Below are positions 1 through 10,264 of a stretch of DNA of 64,000 bases, piece after piece. The notes beneath the pieces are model-generated. The model had not been told where the DNA came from, searched no databases, and saw only the letters and a list, made by a program, of their open reading frames with translations. The translations under genes were made by a program, and so were the position numbers. The DNA is taken from the sequence record PQ464595.1. One strand, given 5' to 3'. Each line of letters opens with the position of its first letter. The stretch's first letter is position 1.

Positions 1-1849
1 CGAAGTAAGATGTATTAGGGGAATAATATAACGCAATAGTACTTGATGATGGGGATAATCCTTGATTTGCCAATATACTATTTTTCAAATTAGTTAGTAC
101 TGTATTTGAAATAGATATTGTTTTATCGTACAATAGAGTTGTTGGATTTAACAAATAACCAGCAGTTAACACATTATTCTCTACAAAAACTGTTCCATAA
201 AATGTCACATTTCCTGAAGCATCACAATAAGATATTCCACCATATGTTGAATTTTCAGTAATAGTTGGTAATGGTAAACGAGTTGCTTGCGGAGCATAAC
301 CAGTACTTGTTCCAGTTGAAAATGAATTGTATGTATAGGTTCTTGTGGTTCCAATATCTGAAATACCTTTTGTATATTTTAAATATTTTGTTCCATTATA
401 TGTTCCAGTACCACTAAACATCATTCTACTAGAACTAATTGGAATTCCACCCATAAGCTGATCACCAACCCTTGAAGCATAATCAGCATATACATCATAT
501 TGAACAACACTATTAAATGTTCTTCCTCTGATATTATAAGCATTTACTTTATTAGTAAAGCTGTTTATTTTTCCTGAATATACTGGATAATAATCACTAA
601 GAATATATTTTTCACGAATATAATATTGTGTTCCATTTTCTGTAATATACCATGTTCCATTCAAGCTATCAGAAACTGATGAACCAACACCGAACATATT
701 AGTTGTTGTTATAGCATAGGGGTTATTCCATGTAATAGTACCAGAACTGCCACCAGTAGCAACTACTGGAGCACCAGTGGTTAAATCTGTCGTAAATGCT
801 TTTGTATTCACATTATAGAACACTCTAAAAGAAGGTCTTGTATCTACACGTGCTGTTATATTTCTAACGAACGAATTATTATTCATTGAAATAACTAAAT
901 TTGTTCCATCAAAAATACATTTTAAAATCCCATACATTGAATATGTATAACCAAAACATTGTGACAACGCAGCACTATATCGCAACCATGATTTAGAACC
1001 ACTTTCAATAGTACTTTGCCAAAGGTCAGCAATTCTAATATATCCTTGAGAACCTTGAGAATCTCCATATAGAGTATTACCTGTAATTCCTGTAATTTGT
1101 TCAACAGTACTTACAGTACCTGCTTGAATTTGAGAAACTGGAATTCTATATAATATGAATTGGAATGGATCATTTCCATTATAATATACACCAGTAGGAT
1201 TATTAATATCATATACTGATGAATACAATGAAACAATATACATATATGATCCAACAACAGTTGAATTCATAATATAATACGGAATTAAGTTACGATTAAT
1301 CGTTGCTGTTTGGTGATTAGCTTTTGCCATAGTTCCATTAGTTAGTACTAAATGAAGTATGTTATTACCAACTTCTTCATATGTTAGGCATGATTTGGCA
1401 TCACTATCATGAAATAAAATTTTCTTCCATGAACCTGTATAATACGAGTTTATAGTCGTAAATGGTTGCATTGAAGCACTTGGGTTATTGATATAAGTAT
1501 AGTAATAATTAATAGAACTACCATTCGTTCCTGGGCGAAGATATACTAATGACCCATCATCTTCAAGAAGTACGGGCATAGCTGAGTAATATGACAGTGT
1601 ACTACCGCCATCGAATGTTCCTGCTACACCAGGGGCGTTATTGTTTAACGCCCCATATTGTGAAAGAGGAAGTTGTTTTAAAATGTAATCCACATCGGAT
1701 TTGGACGGTAAAGGTAAATCTACGTGTCCAGTAGTATCAGCCAAGTAAACAGTACTATTACCTGTTGTTGTTATACTAGTACCGACATTTTTACTTTGTA
1801 CTGTTATATTTCCGGTGACATTCACATCACCTTTAATGACATATGCCAT
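1..1849 (-). CDS. Tail-fibre-like virion protein, partial (runs off the left edge); paralog of 1862..4555
   Basis: Not in the ORF track because it has no stop in the window. Hand translation from ATG at 1849 (SD AGGA): MAYVIKGDVNVTGNITVQSKNVG...LPLSQYG...EDDGSLVYLRPGTNGS, matching LPLSHYG...EDDGTLMILRPGTNGA of the neighbour. The frame is open at both ends checked. Confidence 0.8.
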   Translation of the reverse strand, partial: MAYVIKGDVNVTGNITVQSKNVGTSITTTGNSTVYLADTTGHVDLPLPSKSDVDYILKQLPLSQYGALNNNAPGVAGTFDGGSTLSYYSAMPVLLEDDGSLVYLRPGTNGSSINYYYTYINNPSASMQPFTTINSYYTGSWKKILFHDSDAKSCLTYEEVGNNILHLVLTNGTMAKANHQTATINRNLIPYYIMNSTVVGSYMYIVSLYSSVYDINNPTGVYYNGNDPFQFILYRIPVSQIQAGTVSTVEQITGITGNTLYGDSQGSQGYIRIADLWQSTIESGSKSWLRYSAALSQCFGYTYSMYGILKCIFDGTNLVISMNNNSFVRNITARVDTRPSFRVFYNVNTKAFTTDLTTGAPVVATGGSSGTITWNNPYAITTTNMFGVGSSVSDSLNGTWYITENGTQYYIREKYILSDYYPVYSGKINSFTNKVNAYNIRGRTFNSVVQYDVYADYASRVGDQLMGGIPISSSRMMFSGTGTYNGTKYLKYTKGISDIGTTRTYTYNSFSTGTSTGYAPQATRLPLPTITENSTYGGISYCDASGNVTFYGTVFVENNVLTAGYLLNPTTLLYDKTISISNTVLTNLKNSILANQGLSPSSSTIALYYSPNTSYF

Positions 1850-1861
1850 ATGTAAATCCTT

Positions 1862-4555
1862 TTACCAGTTGATTGTTCCTGAATCAGTAGGTAGACCATA
1901 ACTCACAGGGATTGAAGAACCCGCAGCTTCTAGTGAAGTGCCAAACACATCTAAACGACTGCGTTTAAAAATGTTAATTGTTTCAATTTGTAGAGCATTG
2001 GTTGTTACTGTACCAATCCAGAATGTGTTATATGCGGTTGTTCCTGATTCAGCAATTACCGTTTCCGTTGCAATATATTTTGCTAATCCTTCTTGCATTA
2101 CTGCGTATATGTAAAAAGTACTATTAGCTGGGTTGGCTTTCACTGTTGACAGATCAATATTTTGTACTGGCAATGTGAACGATTTACCACTGAGTAGTAA
2201 CGATGTTGGTTCTGTAAAGTAAATTATAAACCCTTGAGCAACATCCTGTGATGCTAATAGAATTGGAGAACCTACATCAGTCCACGCATTATATTGTGCT
2301 AGAGTAGTACCACATGAACGGAATATTAATCTAACAGCATCGTCAGCCCATGAAGCAACATAATCAATATATCCAAAACCAATTCCTGGAGCGGCGAACG
2401 GCATTGAACCAACATTAGGAACATGGTTCTGATAGGTACTAGTCGGAATGAAACTATCCATTTGACCAGTACTTTTTGTTACTTTAGCTCTGAAAGTAAT
2501 AGCATTACTATCACCAGTAGTTTTATAAATGTATGGATCAGCACCACCAATGAAGTAGAATGTTCCTGCATCATAAATTGTCAATCCAGTGCTTGCTTGA
2601 GATACACCATAGGTTGCCGGTTGAGCAATTGAATCAAATTGACCAGAATCTTCATAAACAAGTCTCTTTAACGTTAATGATGTAATAGCTCCAGTTCTTG
2701 TATTAACATTCACTTCCACCACTTTAACATAACTTGTTTGTGTTGTGGTAACTGCTGTAATTAGAGCAAATGCTGGACAATCAGTTTGTTGTGGAACATA
2801 CAGAGTAATATTACTTACATTTGATGAATCCAAAGTAATTGTACTAGATGCTAATTGTGAATTTTTAAATGATGTTAAAAGCGAATTAGCAATACTCATT
2901 GAGCCAGTACTATTCATATCACCATCATATGTTACACCAGATGAAATTTTATTATTCTCAATGAACATACCACCATTTGTTGTAACTGTACTTCCATTAA
3001 TAGTACTAATGAAGAAACGATGATCATTATCGTATGTAGTTCTGTAACGATTAACTGTTGGTTGATAACCTTGAATTGTTCCAAATGATACTGAATCAAA
3101 AGTATATGTAGCACCTGGAACATATTGGTTAACTGAGTTAACCCATGAGCCGATCTGAGAATTTACTCTATATCTATTATTAGGCAACCACTCCATGCTC
3201 ATTAAATTAGAACCAACTGGTGAACCATATTGATAGTTCATATTTGATTGAGTATAATTTATGCTTGTTGGATAGCTACGAACCTGTAAAGTATCATATA
3301 CTGATGTTGCATTTGGATAATTACCACGACTTATTAACGTGTTACCTTGGTTTGGAGAAGCGATAGCTATTGTTGTACCATTATCAAAATAATAATATCC
3401 CATTACATAGTTTGAACGTTGGGTATTAATAGTTGGAATTGGATCAGTAGAATAAGTTGAACCAGATACATTAAGTACTGTCCCACTACCTGGATCTGTA
3501 ATTGTCAATGGAGCAATATTGCCAGCTTCAAGAGTCGCAGTCTTAGTTGTCATATTCAATAAGAAACTAAATGTATGTTTAGGACGTGCATTTCTAAGTG
3601 CTGTTGTACACCAAGCATCACCAACAACTCTAAGTCTAATTGTTCCAGCACTATTTTGAGCAGCGTATATATCAACACCTGTCATAAACAAACCTGCACC
3701 GGTCGTAGCTGCTGGAATTAACATATAAGGATTAGCAGCAGCACTAGTACTTTGAAGTAATGGTATAATTGTTAATTCAGTACTATTAGTAACTGTACCA
3801 TAAAAGCCTGTAGTACTCCAAGTAGCATAATTCGTAATAGTATATGAACCACCTGCTTGTACTTGAGAAATAGGAATTGACCTAATTTCAAATGATAAAT
3901 TAGAACCAGTACTGACTTCTGTAAAGAAGTAAATGTTGGTATTACCAGTCATCACAAAACGCACTGTACCACTCGGCACAATTGTTGCTAGTGGGATTAG
4001 AATACCAGTATGTTGTGTATCATTTAATGTACCATTCATCCATGATACAAATACATATGGATCATTGGATGTATTAAATGCCACACCAGAAGTCACTCTG
4101 TTGTCTGTAGCATACAAATACTTTGCTGTATAAGTTGATCCGAAATAACCTGGTTTGTATTCTTTATTTGTATTAATTGATGTTGATAATGTTGTAGTAC
4201 TTAAAATGTTATTCAAATATGAATAGTAAACACCACGTTTAGCACCATTTGTGCCCGGACGTAGAATCATTAATGTTCCATCATCTTCGACGAATAGTTT
4301 ACGGTATCTGTAGCTTATTACATCACTCGCACCTTCATAAGAACCGTAAACTCCAGCAGGAATGTAGTTAAAGGAACCATAGTGAGATAGTGGTAATACA
4401 CTAACTATTTTGTTGAATTCATCTTGGGTGTAAGAATCGATCTCTAGACTTCCTGAAGTACTAAAGTTTGCTCCCTCAACTGAACGTGTTAAGTTTCTTC
4501 CTTGAGAAGAAGCATATCTTCCAACCTGTAAATTTCCTAGAATTTTTTTAGCCAT
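1862..4555 (-). CDS. Large S/T/N/G-rich beta-strand virion protein (tail fibre/appendage-like), 897 aa
   Basis: ORF track; composition typical of fibres; late-promoter motif upstream. Confidence 0.65.
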   Translation of the reverse strand: MAKKILGNLQVGRYASSQGRNLTRSVEGANFSTSGSLEIDSYTQDEFNKIVSVLPLSHYGSFNYIPAGVYGSYEGASDVISYRYRKLFVEDDGTLMILRPGTNGAKRGVYYSYLNNILSTTTLSTSINTNKEYKPGYFGSTYTAKYLYATDNRVTSGVAFNTSNDPYVFVSWMNGTLNDTQHTGILIPLATIVPSGTVRFVMTGNTNIYFFTEVSTGSNLSFEIRSIPISQVQAGGSYTITNYATWSTTGFYGTVTNSTELTIIPLLQSTSAAANPYMLIPAATTGAGLFMTGVDIYAAQNSAGTIRLRVVGDAWCTTALRNARPKHTFSFLLNMTTKTATLEAGNIAPLTITDPGSGTVLNVSGSTYSTDPIPTINTQRSNYVMGYYYFDNGTTIAIASPNQGNTLISRGNYPNATSVYDTLQVRSYPTSINYTQSNMNYQYGSPVGSNLMSMEWLPNNRYRVNSQIGSWVNSVNQYVPGATYTFDSVSFGTIQGYQPTVNRYRTTYDNDHRFFISTINGSTVTTNGGMFIENNKISSGVTYDGDMNSTGSMSIANSLLTSFKNSQLASSTITLDSSNVSNITLYVPQQTDCPAFALITAVTTTQTSYVKVVEVNVNTRTGAITSLTLKRLVYEDSGQFDSIAQPATYGVSQASTGLTIYDAGTFYFIGGADPYIYKTTGDSNAITFRAKVTKSTGQMDSFIPTSTYQNHVPNVGSMPFAAPGIGFGYIDYVASWADDAVRLIFRSCGTTLAQYNAWTDVGSPILLASQDVAQGFIIYFTEPTSLLLSGKSFTLPVQNIDLSTVKANPANSTFYIYAVMQEGLAKYIATETVIAESGTTAYNTFWIGTVTTNALQIETINIFKRSRLDVFGTSLEAAGSSIPVSYGLPTDSGTINW

Positions 4556-4588
4556 ATATATCCCTATAGTTTAAGATATTCATTGTTG

Positions 4589-4596
4589 TATTTATG
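4589..4596 (-). promoter_or_regulatory. T4-like late promoter CATAAATA
   Basis: Reverse complement of tatttatg, about 35 nt upstream of the 897-aa gene and just downstream of a terminator. Confidence 0.6.
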
Positions 4597-4608
4597 CAGG
4601 GTACAAAC

Positions 4609-4630
4609 AAAAAAAGCACCCATTGGGTGC
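4609..4630 (-). terminator. Rho-independent terminator
   Basis: GCACCC-AAT-GGGTGC followed by a U-tract. Confidence 0.8.
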
Positions 4631-4804
4631 TTATTCTTCATCAGGATCATAGTCTGGTGGTGTGTATGTTACCGTAACAGTGAATGTACCGTGAGCATCA
4701 CCAAACGCATCAGTAACAACATCATCATTGTCTAAGAAATCAATTGGATCAATAGACTCAACCGAATTACCTTGAAATGTTTTGTCGTATATAACTTTAC
4801 TCAT
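4631..4804 (-). CDS. Small acidic hypothetical protein (57 aa, MSKVIYDKTF...PDEE)
   Basis: Hand translation; SD AAGGA; fills the gap between nrdG and the terminator. Confidence 0.65.
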   Translation of the reverse strand: MSKVIYDKTFQGNSVESIDPIDFLDNDDVVTDAFGDAHGTFTVTVTYTPPDYDPDEE

Positions 4805-5270
4805 AATCTTTTCCTTTTATCAGTACTCTCTGATTTTCAGAACCTCTAAATGGAAGTTGTAGGTTTTTAAGTTCTTCAACAAATTTCCCATCAACTAACA
4901 CATCAACATAATTAAGAATATCATGAGCATGATTTTGTAGCACTTCTTCTAGTGTATAACCAGTCCAGCACCATATATTTTTTGTAGGAAACTCGTCTTT
5001 TACTACTTTACACAACTCAAGAACAGTACTGATATTTTTAGGCATCAGAGCATCACCACCAAGTAGAGTTAATCCTTCTACATAAGGTTTAGATAATTCT
5101 TCTCTTATTGTATTAATTTGTTCTTCCCCAAATGGTGTTCCAGATCGGTAATCCCAAGCTGATTCATTGAAACAGCCAGGACAGCCGTGACTACAACCTG
5201 ATACATATAAACTTACACGAACACCAGTGCCGTTTATTAGGTCATCTTTTACTATTGTTTGATAGTTCAT
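4797..5270 (-). CDS. nrdG: Anaerobic ribonucleotide reductase activating protein (radical SAM)
   Basis: DDLINGTGVRVSLYVSGCSHGCPGCFN (CxxxCxxC), LVDGKF, FRGSENQR. Confidence 0.95.
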   Translation of the reverse strand: MNYQTIVKDDLINGTGVRVSLYVSGCSHGCPGCFNESAWDYRSGTPFGEEQINTIREELSKPYVEGLTLLGGDALMPKNISTVLELCKVVKDEFPTKNIWCWTGYTLEEVLQNHAHDILNYVDVLVDGKFVEELKNLQLPFRGSENQRVLIKGKDYE

Positions 5271-5719
5271 TAGTAGTTACTCATTAGAAATTCGTGAGTA
5301 TCATAAATTTCATCAAAATACGTGATACCTTCTAAAAACTCAATAGCATGTTCACGATCTTTGAACCGCATAATTTTGTCACCATCATCACAACCAACAA
5401 AAATAACAACATATTTGTTATCATTGAAATTTTGAATATAGTCATCGCGATAGATTTCATGCCGTAATACATCTACTTCTCGTGATTTTGGTGACAATGA
5501 TTCACGCATAAAGAAATCTTCTTCAGCAGTTGTCCATTCATCACTAACTTGGTACTGGTAGCATGGAACAACTCGGCGATGTTCTGCTTCAGGGTGCAGG
5601 TTCTCACACGAATAGTAACTGATAGCATTAAAATCTTCATCAAAAACTGGCAGGTATCCTAGAAGTTCAGAATCATTAAATCGTAAACCCCATATTGTAT
5701 TAACTTTTTCATGTATCAT
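5270..5719 (-). CDS. Hypothetical protein
   Basis: ORF track; stop/start overlaps with neighbours. Confidence 0.7.
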   Translation of the reverse strand: MIHEKVNTIWGLRFNDSELLGYLPVFDEDFNAISYYSCENLHPEAEHRRVVPCYQYQVSDEWTTAEEDFFMRESLSPKSREVDVLRHEIYRDDYIQNFNDNKYVVIFVGCDDGDKIMRFKDREHAIEFLEGITYFDEIYDTHEFLMSNY

Positions 5720-6234
5720 AACTTATCCTTAGAGAATATAGGAATGTAATTATTGATTTTAGTACTGAATATTAGAGCATCACGAGTACTTCCACTAAAA
5801 TTACTATCATCAATGATAATAGAATTTTGCTTCACTACAGTCCTTGTAAAAAGATGCTCTATATATTTTGTTCGTTGGGTTGCTTTAAGCATATTGATCT
5901 TAAAGGTATCCCCCATTTCTTCCATACGTTCTAAATGACTACGTAATTCAGCCTTTTGAAGACCAAGCGTAGGAGATAAGTCTTTAAAGTACTGAATATT
6001 ATTTTTCTTCGCAATACGAATATCTTTTCCTAAGTTCTTCACAACTTTAAAAATAAAATCAGAAGAACTTTCAGGAATAATAATAGTACTTCTCGTCTTG
6101 ACATATGGCTCAAGAGCACAACTTATTGTATGAATCATTATATTACGATTATCACCCAAGGTGTAACCATGTTTCTCTTTAAGAGCAAAATACAGAAGCA
6201 TGTTTTCGCGTTTTGTCAAGTCGAGTGGAATCAT
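5716..6234 (-). CDS. Phosphoribosyltransferase-fold-like protein (degenerate)
   Basis: IIIDDSNFSGST resembles the PRPP-binding loop; earlier IIIPESS strand. Confidence 0.45.
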   Translation of the reverse strand: MIPLDLTKRENMLLYFALKEKHGYTLGDNRNIMIHTISCALEPYVKTRSTIIIPESSSDFIFKVVKNLGKDIRIAKKNNIQYFKDLSPTLGLQKAELRSHLERMEEMGDTFKINMLKATQRTKYIEHLFTRTVVKQNSIIIDDSNFSGSTRDALIFSTKINNYIPIFSKDKL

Positions 6235-6235
6235 A

Positions 6236-6865
6236 TTAAGTATTCATTATGTTAAAGATAACGCCATTACCTGCGTAGAATGGCTTAATTTTTCCAGCAA
6301 TATCATCTAAAGCATAGAAAACAGGATAATTATCACCGTTGATGATAACAAAGTAGTTACCAAATGACAAATCATGAACATGATTCAGAGTTGTTACCTG
6401 ATCTACATCGTGTGAGCACTTTGTAAAGACAAATTCATCATCACCCATATAGGAAGTGAATTCGTCGATATTTCCTTTACGAACTGGCTTAGACGCAATG
6501 TACAGGATTTTATCTCCAGCGTGGTCTTTAGTTACAATCTTCGGTTTAATCTGAGTAAACTTACTAACCACCAACTCGATATGATCACCAGTGTGGTTAT
6601 AAGTATAATCAGAAACATGTTCCATGTAATAATCTAGTAATTCATATAAACCATTCTTAGCTTCTAACAAAAGGTTAATCTGAGATACAGATTCCCTTGC
6701 TTTTTCTAAGAAGTATGAACCATCTTCAATTTTATCAAATGTTGCCAGAATGTCTGGAATATCACCACGAATACTGGCTACAGTAATCTTACCTTCACCT
6801 AGACCCGTAATTAATTTTGATAATACATCTACTACTTTCTGTTTACTTTGAGATAAATCTTCCAT
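6236..6865 (-). CDS. Hypothetical protein (likely start MEDLSQ at 6865)
   Basis: ORF track 6236..7018 trimmed to the ATG just after the nrdD stop. Confidence 0.7.
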   Translation of the reverse strand: MEDLSQSKQKVVDVLSKLITGLGEGKITVASIRGDIPDILATFDKIEDGSYFLEKARESVSQINLLLEAKNGLYELLDYYMEHVSDYTYNHTGDHIELVVSKFTQIKPKIVTKDHAGDKILYIASKPVRKGNIDEFTSYMGDDEFVFTKCSHDVDQVTTLNHVHDLSFGNYFVIINGDNYPVFYALDDIAGKIKPFYAGNGVIFNIMNT

Positions 6866-6866
6866 T

Positions 6867-8672
6867 TTAGCTTCCGTGTTTGATTCTTTGTATAACTTCT
6901 TGTTGTTTACCAGTATTGAAAGGTCTACTATTCGGAGCACTAAGATAACCAGATACTCTACGAATAACTGACATAGTACCTTCTTCTCGGTTATCACATT
7001 GTGGACAATGGAAACCAACTTTATCTACCGAAAATTCACCTTCAAATTCACACTTATAACACTTATCGACTGGTTGGTTAATTCCAAAATATGGAATACG
7101 CTCATACGCATAATCGATCAGTACTTCTAAGGCTTTTAAATTGTTAGAAAGATTCGGAGTCTCAACATAACTGATGTTTCCACCATTGCTCAAGTACGCA
7201 AAACTTTCTTCATAATCAAACTTCCTGAAAGGAGATGATTCAATCCATACTGGTTGGTGGAATGAATTTGTTATGAAATCTCTTTTTAGTACATTTGGAT
7301 ATTTTTCTTCTATTGCTTTCGCAAATTTATAACATAAGCTCTCTGCTGGTGTACCATATAAACTAAATGCGATAGTACTTTCATCTTTGAACTGTTCACA
7401 TTTGTATTTCATATAGTGCAAGATGGATTTACAATAATCCTTACTTAACTGTTGTAGCATAATTTCAGAACATTCAGCTAGTCCAACATATCCAATACTG
7501 ATACTCGCATATCCATCATAGAATAACTGGTCAATTGTATCATCAGCATTTAAACGAGCAATAGCACCTTCCATAAACATAGTAGGGTTCTGTCGAGCTT
7601 TCATTGTTTTCAATCGTTCTACACGATTCATTTGTGCTCGATAAGCCATTGTCATGTGATAATCCAATTTACCGAAGAATTCACCATCGGATTTAGATTC
7701 AAGAGCAAGTAATGGAAGATTAATAGACACTACGCCTAAGTTAAATCTACCATCATATTGTTCAGTACCGTTATGTTCCCATTTACCAAGGAATGAACGA
7801 CAACCCATAGGCGATACAGCCATAGAAGTACTGCCAGTTACTTTCTTATTCAATGGTACTGATACGAAGTCTGGATAAATGCGTTTAGCACTGGTTTTCA
7901 TCGCTTGCTGTTTAAGGTCATAATTAGGATCAGACTCTTTCATATTCACCCCATCTTCTAGGAAGAAGACAACTTTAGGAAATACTGGAGTACTGCCATC
8001 TACACCTAAACCTTTCTCATGTACTTTTAAGTACGAATCGGTAATCATCTTACCGAATTTAGAGGTGTTTAGACCCATTGTAATCGTAACAAAGGGGGTT
8101 TGACCGTTACTGCTTGTGATGGTATTAACCTGGTACAGAAGTGCTTGCATAGCGTCGTACACCTCTTTCTGGAGTGTCTTCTGTACGTATTCATCCGGTA
8201 GACCGAATTCTTTTTGTTGCTCTAGGAGCTTGTTATAGGACTTCTGAACGTATGGTTCTAGACCGAAGTCAATATGTGCTAGTGTTTGACCACCGTATTG
8301 ACTTGCTGAAACTGCTAGTACTATTTGTGTCAGTACTGTACTTGCTACCCCAATACTATTAGGTGTACCAACTTGTGCGTTTCCAATCTTGAAACCGTTC
8401 TCCAACATGTCTCTGTAATTAACTAAACAACAGTTAGTCAAAGGGCTTATGAAGTAATCAAGATCATGTATATGTCCATATCCGTTCTTGTGCCAAAGCA
8501 TAAGTTCTTCTGAGATTTCATCCTCAGCGAAATGCTTAGATAAAATACCTGCTAGTAAGTCACGATGCGTGTTTACAATCTTCGCATCCTTATTAGCATT
8601 CTCATTCATTATATCTTTATTACTTTGGTTTATTAGTGCGGATACATCATTATACAGTCTGTCGTTATTCAT
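6867..8672 (-). CDS. nrdD: Anaerobic (class III) ribonucleoside-triphosphate reductase, no ATP cone
   Basis: HIHDLDY, LTNCC, SPMGCRSFL, RFNLGVVSINLP, YGTPAESLC, Zn CxxC..CxxC, RRVSGYL glycyl-radical motif. Confidence 0.97.
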   Translation of the reverse strand: MNNDRLYNDVSALINQSNKDIMNENANKDAKIVNTHRDLLAGILSKHFAEDEISEELMLWHKNGYGHIHDLDYFISPLTNCCLVNYRDMLENGFKIGNAQVGTPNSIGVASTVLTQIVLAVSASQYGGQTLAHIDFGLEPYVQKSYNKLLEQQKEFGLPDEYVQKTLQKEVYDAMQALLYQVNTITSSNGQTPFVTITMGLNTSKFGKMITDSYLKVHEKGLGVDGSTPVFPKVVFFLEDGVNMKESDPNYDLKQQAMKTSAKRIYPDFVSVPLNKKVTGSTSMAVSPMGCRSFLGKWEHNGTEQYDGRFNLGVVSINLPLLALESKSDGEFFGKLDYHMTMAYRAQMNRVERLKTMKARQNPTMFMEGAIARLNADDTIDQLFYDGYASISIGYVGLAECSEIMLQQLSKDYCKSILHYMKYKCEQFKDESTIAFSLYGTPAESLCYKFAKAIEEKYPNVLKRDFITNSFHQPVWIESSPFRKFDYEESFAYLSNGGNISYVETPNLSNNLKALEVLIDYAYERIPYFGINQPVDKCYKCEFEGEFSVDKVGFHCPQCDNREEGTMSVIRRVSGYLSAPNSRPFNTGKQQEVIQRIKHGS

Positions 8673-8717
8673 TAGACACTCCTTGTCAAATTGTTAGGTA
8701 GTTTATTTAAACCACTT

Positions 8718-8750
8718 AAAAATAAAATACCCCATACTAAGGGGTATTTT
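8718..8750 (-). terminator. Rho-independent terminator
   Basis: AAAATACCCC/GGGGTATTTT stem with U-tract. Confidence 0.75.
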
Positions 8751-8901
8751 CTTTGATCTAGATCAATGTTTTAGCACTTTGGTTAACGTTTGTTCAGGAA
8801 GCTACAGAAGTCCAAAATAACAAATATTACTAAAGCTCCAATGGAACTTAAGGCAATAACATAGAACCAAAACATAATCATTAAGAAAGTATAAAGCATT
8901 T

Positions 8902-9459
8902 TTAGACCCCTTTAGCCTCGAAGCCGTACTTTTCGCTCAGTACTTCAAGGATACGAATTGGCATTTCTTCATGAGTATATTCACGCATGTCAATGAATGG
9001 AATATTCATTTCTTCCAAATTGCGAACAAAGATAGCATCAATTTCTTTTGCCTGTTCCAGAGTCTGTGTGCGACCGTACTGATCATATTCTGGTTTACGT
9101 GGGAGCAGGAATACAACATTCTCATATTGATTATATAGCTCTAACGCAATTTCAGAACTTATATTATCAACATCATCATAGAATTCATTGTACATGATAC
9201 CATTCAGTAGTGAAGCATCAGATACGACAAAATCCACCTTTCCGTTTAAACGGAATAGGCGGTGATTTTGTTGAGCAGTAATTAGAACCTGGTCTTGCAT
9301 TGCCATTTTGTTTTCATCATAAACATAGTCTTTGATTACTTCAGTGACAATCTCAACTTTCTGTTTTGACTTTAGTTTTAGTGCTGCGAATAGACCAGCA
9401 GCAGTTGTTGATTTACCGCAGCACGGTCCACCAACAAGATTAATAACAACAGTATTCAT
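8902..9459 (-). CDS. P-loop kinase/ATPase of AAA_28 (NadR-like) type
   Basis: VINLVGGPCCGKST Walker A, VVSDASLL, YDQYGRTQTLEQA; start trimmed to MNTVVIN. Confidence 0.75.
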   Translation of the reverse strand: MNTVVINLVGGPCCGKSTTAAGLFAALKLKSKQKVEIVTEVIKDYVYDENKMAMQDQVLITAQQNHRLFRLNGKVDFVVSDASLLNGIMYNEFYDDVDNISSEIALELYNQYENVVFLLPRKPEYDQYGRTQTLEQAKEIDAIFVRNLEEMNIPFIDMREYTHEEMPIRILEVLSEKYGFEAKGV

Positions 9460-9716
9460 TCTAAGCCTCCATGTAACCCAATGAATCTTCTGTACCACGA
9501 TAGTAGTGGCCCATTAAAGTCTGCCTGATAGTGACCACGCAGACGTATGTGAATTTGAATAGCACTCTCGAAATGTTTCTTCATATCGTAAGTACCTGCT
9601 TCTTTTTCTTCACATATAGTTTTGAAGAGGAATTCAACAGTACTGATATACATGTCAGATTCCTCTCCCTTTTTGAATATATCAACAATTACGTTTAGTG
9701 ATTCTGGATATTCCAT
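9456..9716 (-). CDS. Hypothetical protein
   Basis: ORF track trimmed to MEYPES. Confidence 0.6.
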   Translation of the reverse strand: MEYPESLNVIVDIFKKGEESDMYISTVEFLFKTICEEKEAGTYDMKKHFESAIQIHIRLRGHYQADFNGPLLSWYRRFIGLHGGLE

Positions 9717-9717
9717 G

Positions 9718-9912
9718 TTACTTACGCCAATCGTTTTTAGATTCTTCGTAATTTTTAGACCATTCTGATAATGAATCAAGATATGGAAGTACATTTTCTT
9801 CAATATCTTTAGTTAGTTTCTTAGCTTCCGCAGTACGGATACGAGAAAGACAAGCATTGATCAGTTCATCAGTAGTTTCTTTGTCAAGTACAGTAAGTTT
9901 AGGTGTGCTCAA
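9718..9912 (-). CDS. Hypothetical protein
   Basis: ORF track; fits the gene-dense layout. Confidence 0.6.
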   Translation of the reverse strand: MSTPKLTVLDKETTDELINACLSRIRTAEAKKLTKDIEENVLPYLDSLSEWSKNYEESKNDWRK

Positions 9913-10264
9913 TTTCTTTTACTCCAAAAGCCTCTATTGCTTTCTGGCATATAGGGCATGGTTTAGCTGATAGTGGATTGCCATTTCGATCTATTCTGGC
10001 AATGAGAAGTTTATGAACTTCTTTCTTCGCAGCGATTAATGCTGCTATTTCGGCGTGGAGGAATATTGCTTCAGGTTTACCGACTAGTACTGCGAAGTGT
10101 TTTTGAAGAGGATGGGAGCACTCGTAATCGTTTGTTCTAATTGCCAGTACTCTACCTTTCTTGTCAAGAGCACACGCAATAACTTTATATCTCTTACGTG
10201 TGTTCTTGACTTGTTTCGGATGTGGCATATCGTTAAGTATACGAATCAGTTTCGTGATTTTCAT
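9899..10264 (-). CDS. Zn-dependent cytidine/CMP deaminase-fold protein
   Basis: HAEIAAL ... KPCPIC (HxE/PCxxC). Confidence 0.8.
   Translation of the reverse strand: MKITKLIRILNDMPHPKQVKNTRKRYKVIACALDKKGRVLAIRTNDYECSHPLQKHFAVLVGKPEAIFLHAEIAALIAAKKEVHKLLIARIDRNGNPLSAKPCPICQKAIEAFGVKEIEHT

Noticed and set aside
6867-8672. Possible intron or intein in nrdD, as in T4
   Set aside because: The frame is continuous, 601 aa, with all motifs at normal spacing.
9460-9480. GGAGGCTTAGA-ATG before the NadR-like kinase resembles the end of the NAD leader
   Set aside because: It lacks the GUUGUA hairpin and the CUAAG partner strand, so it is probably just a similar RBS.
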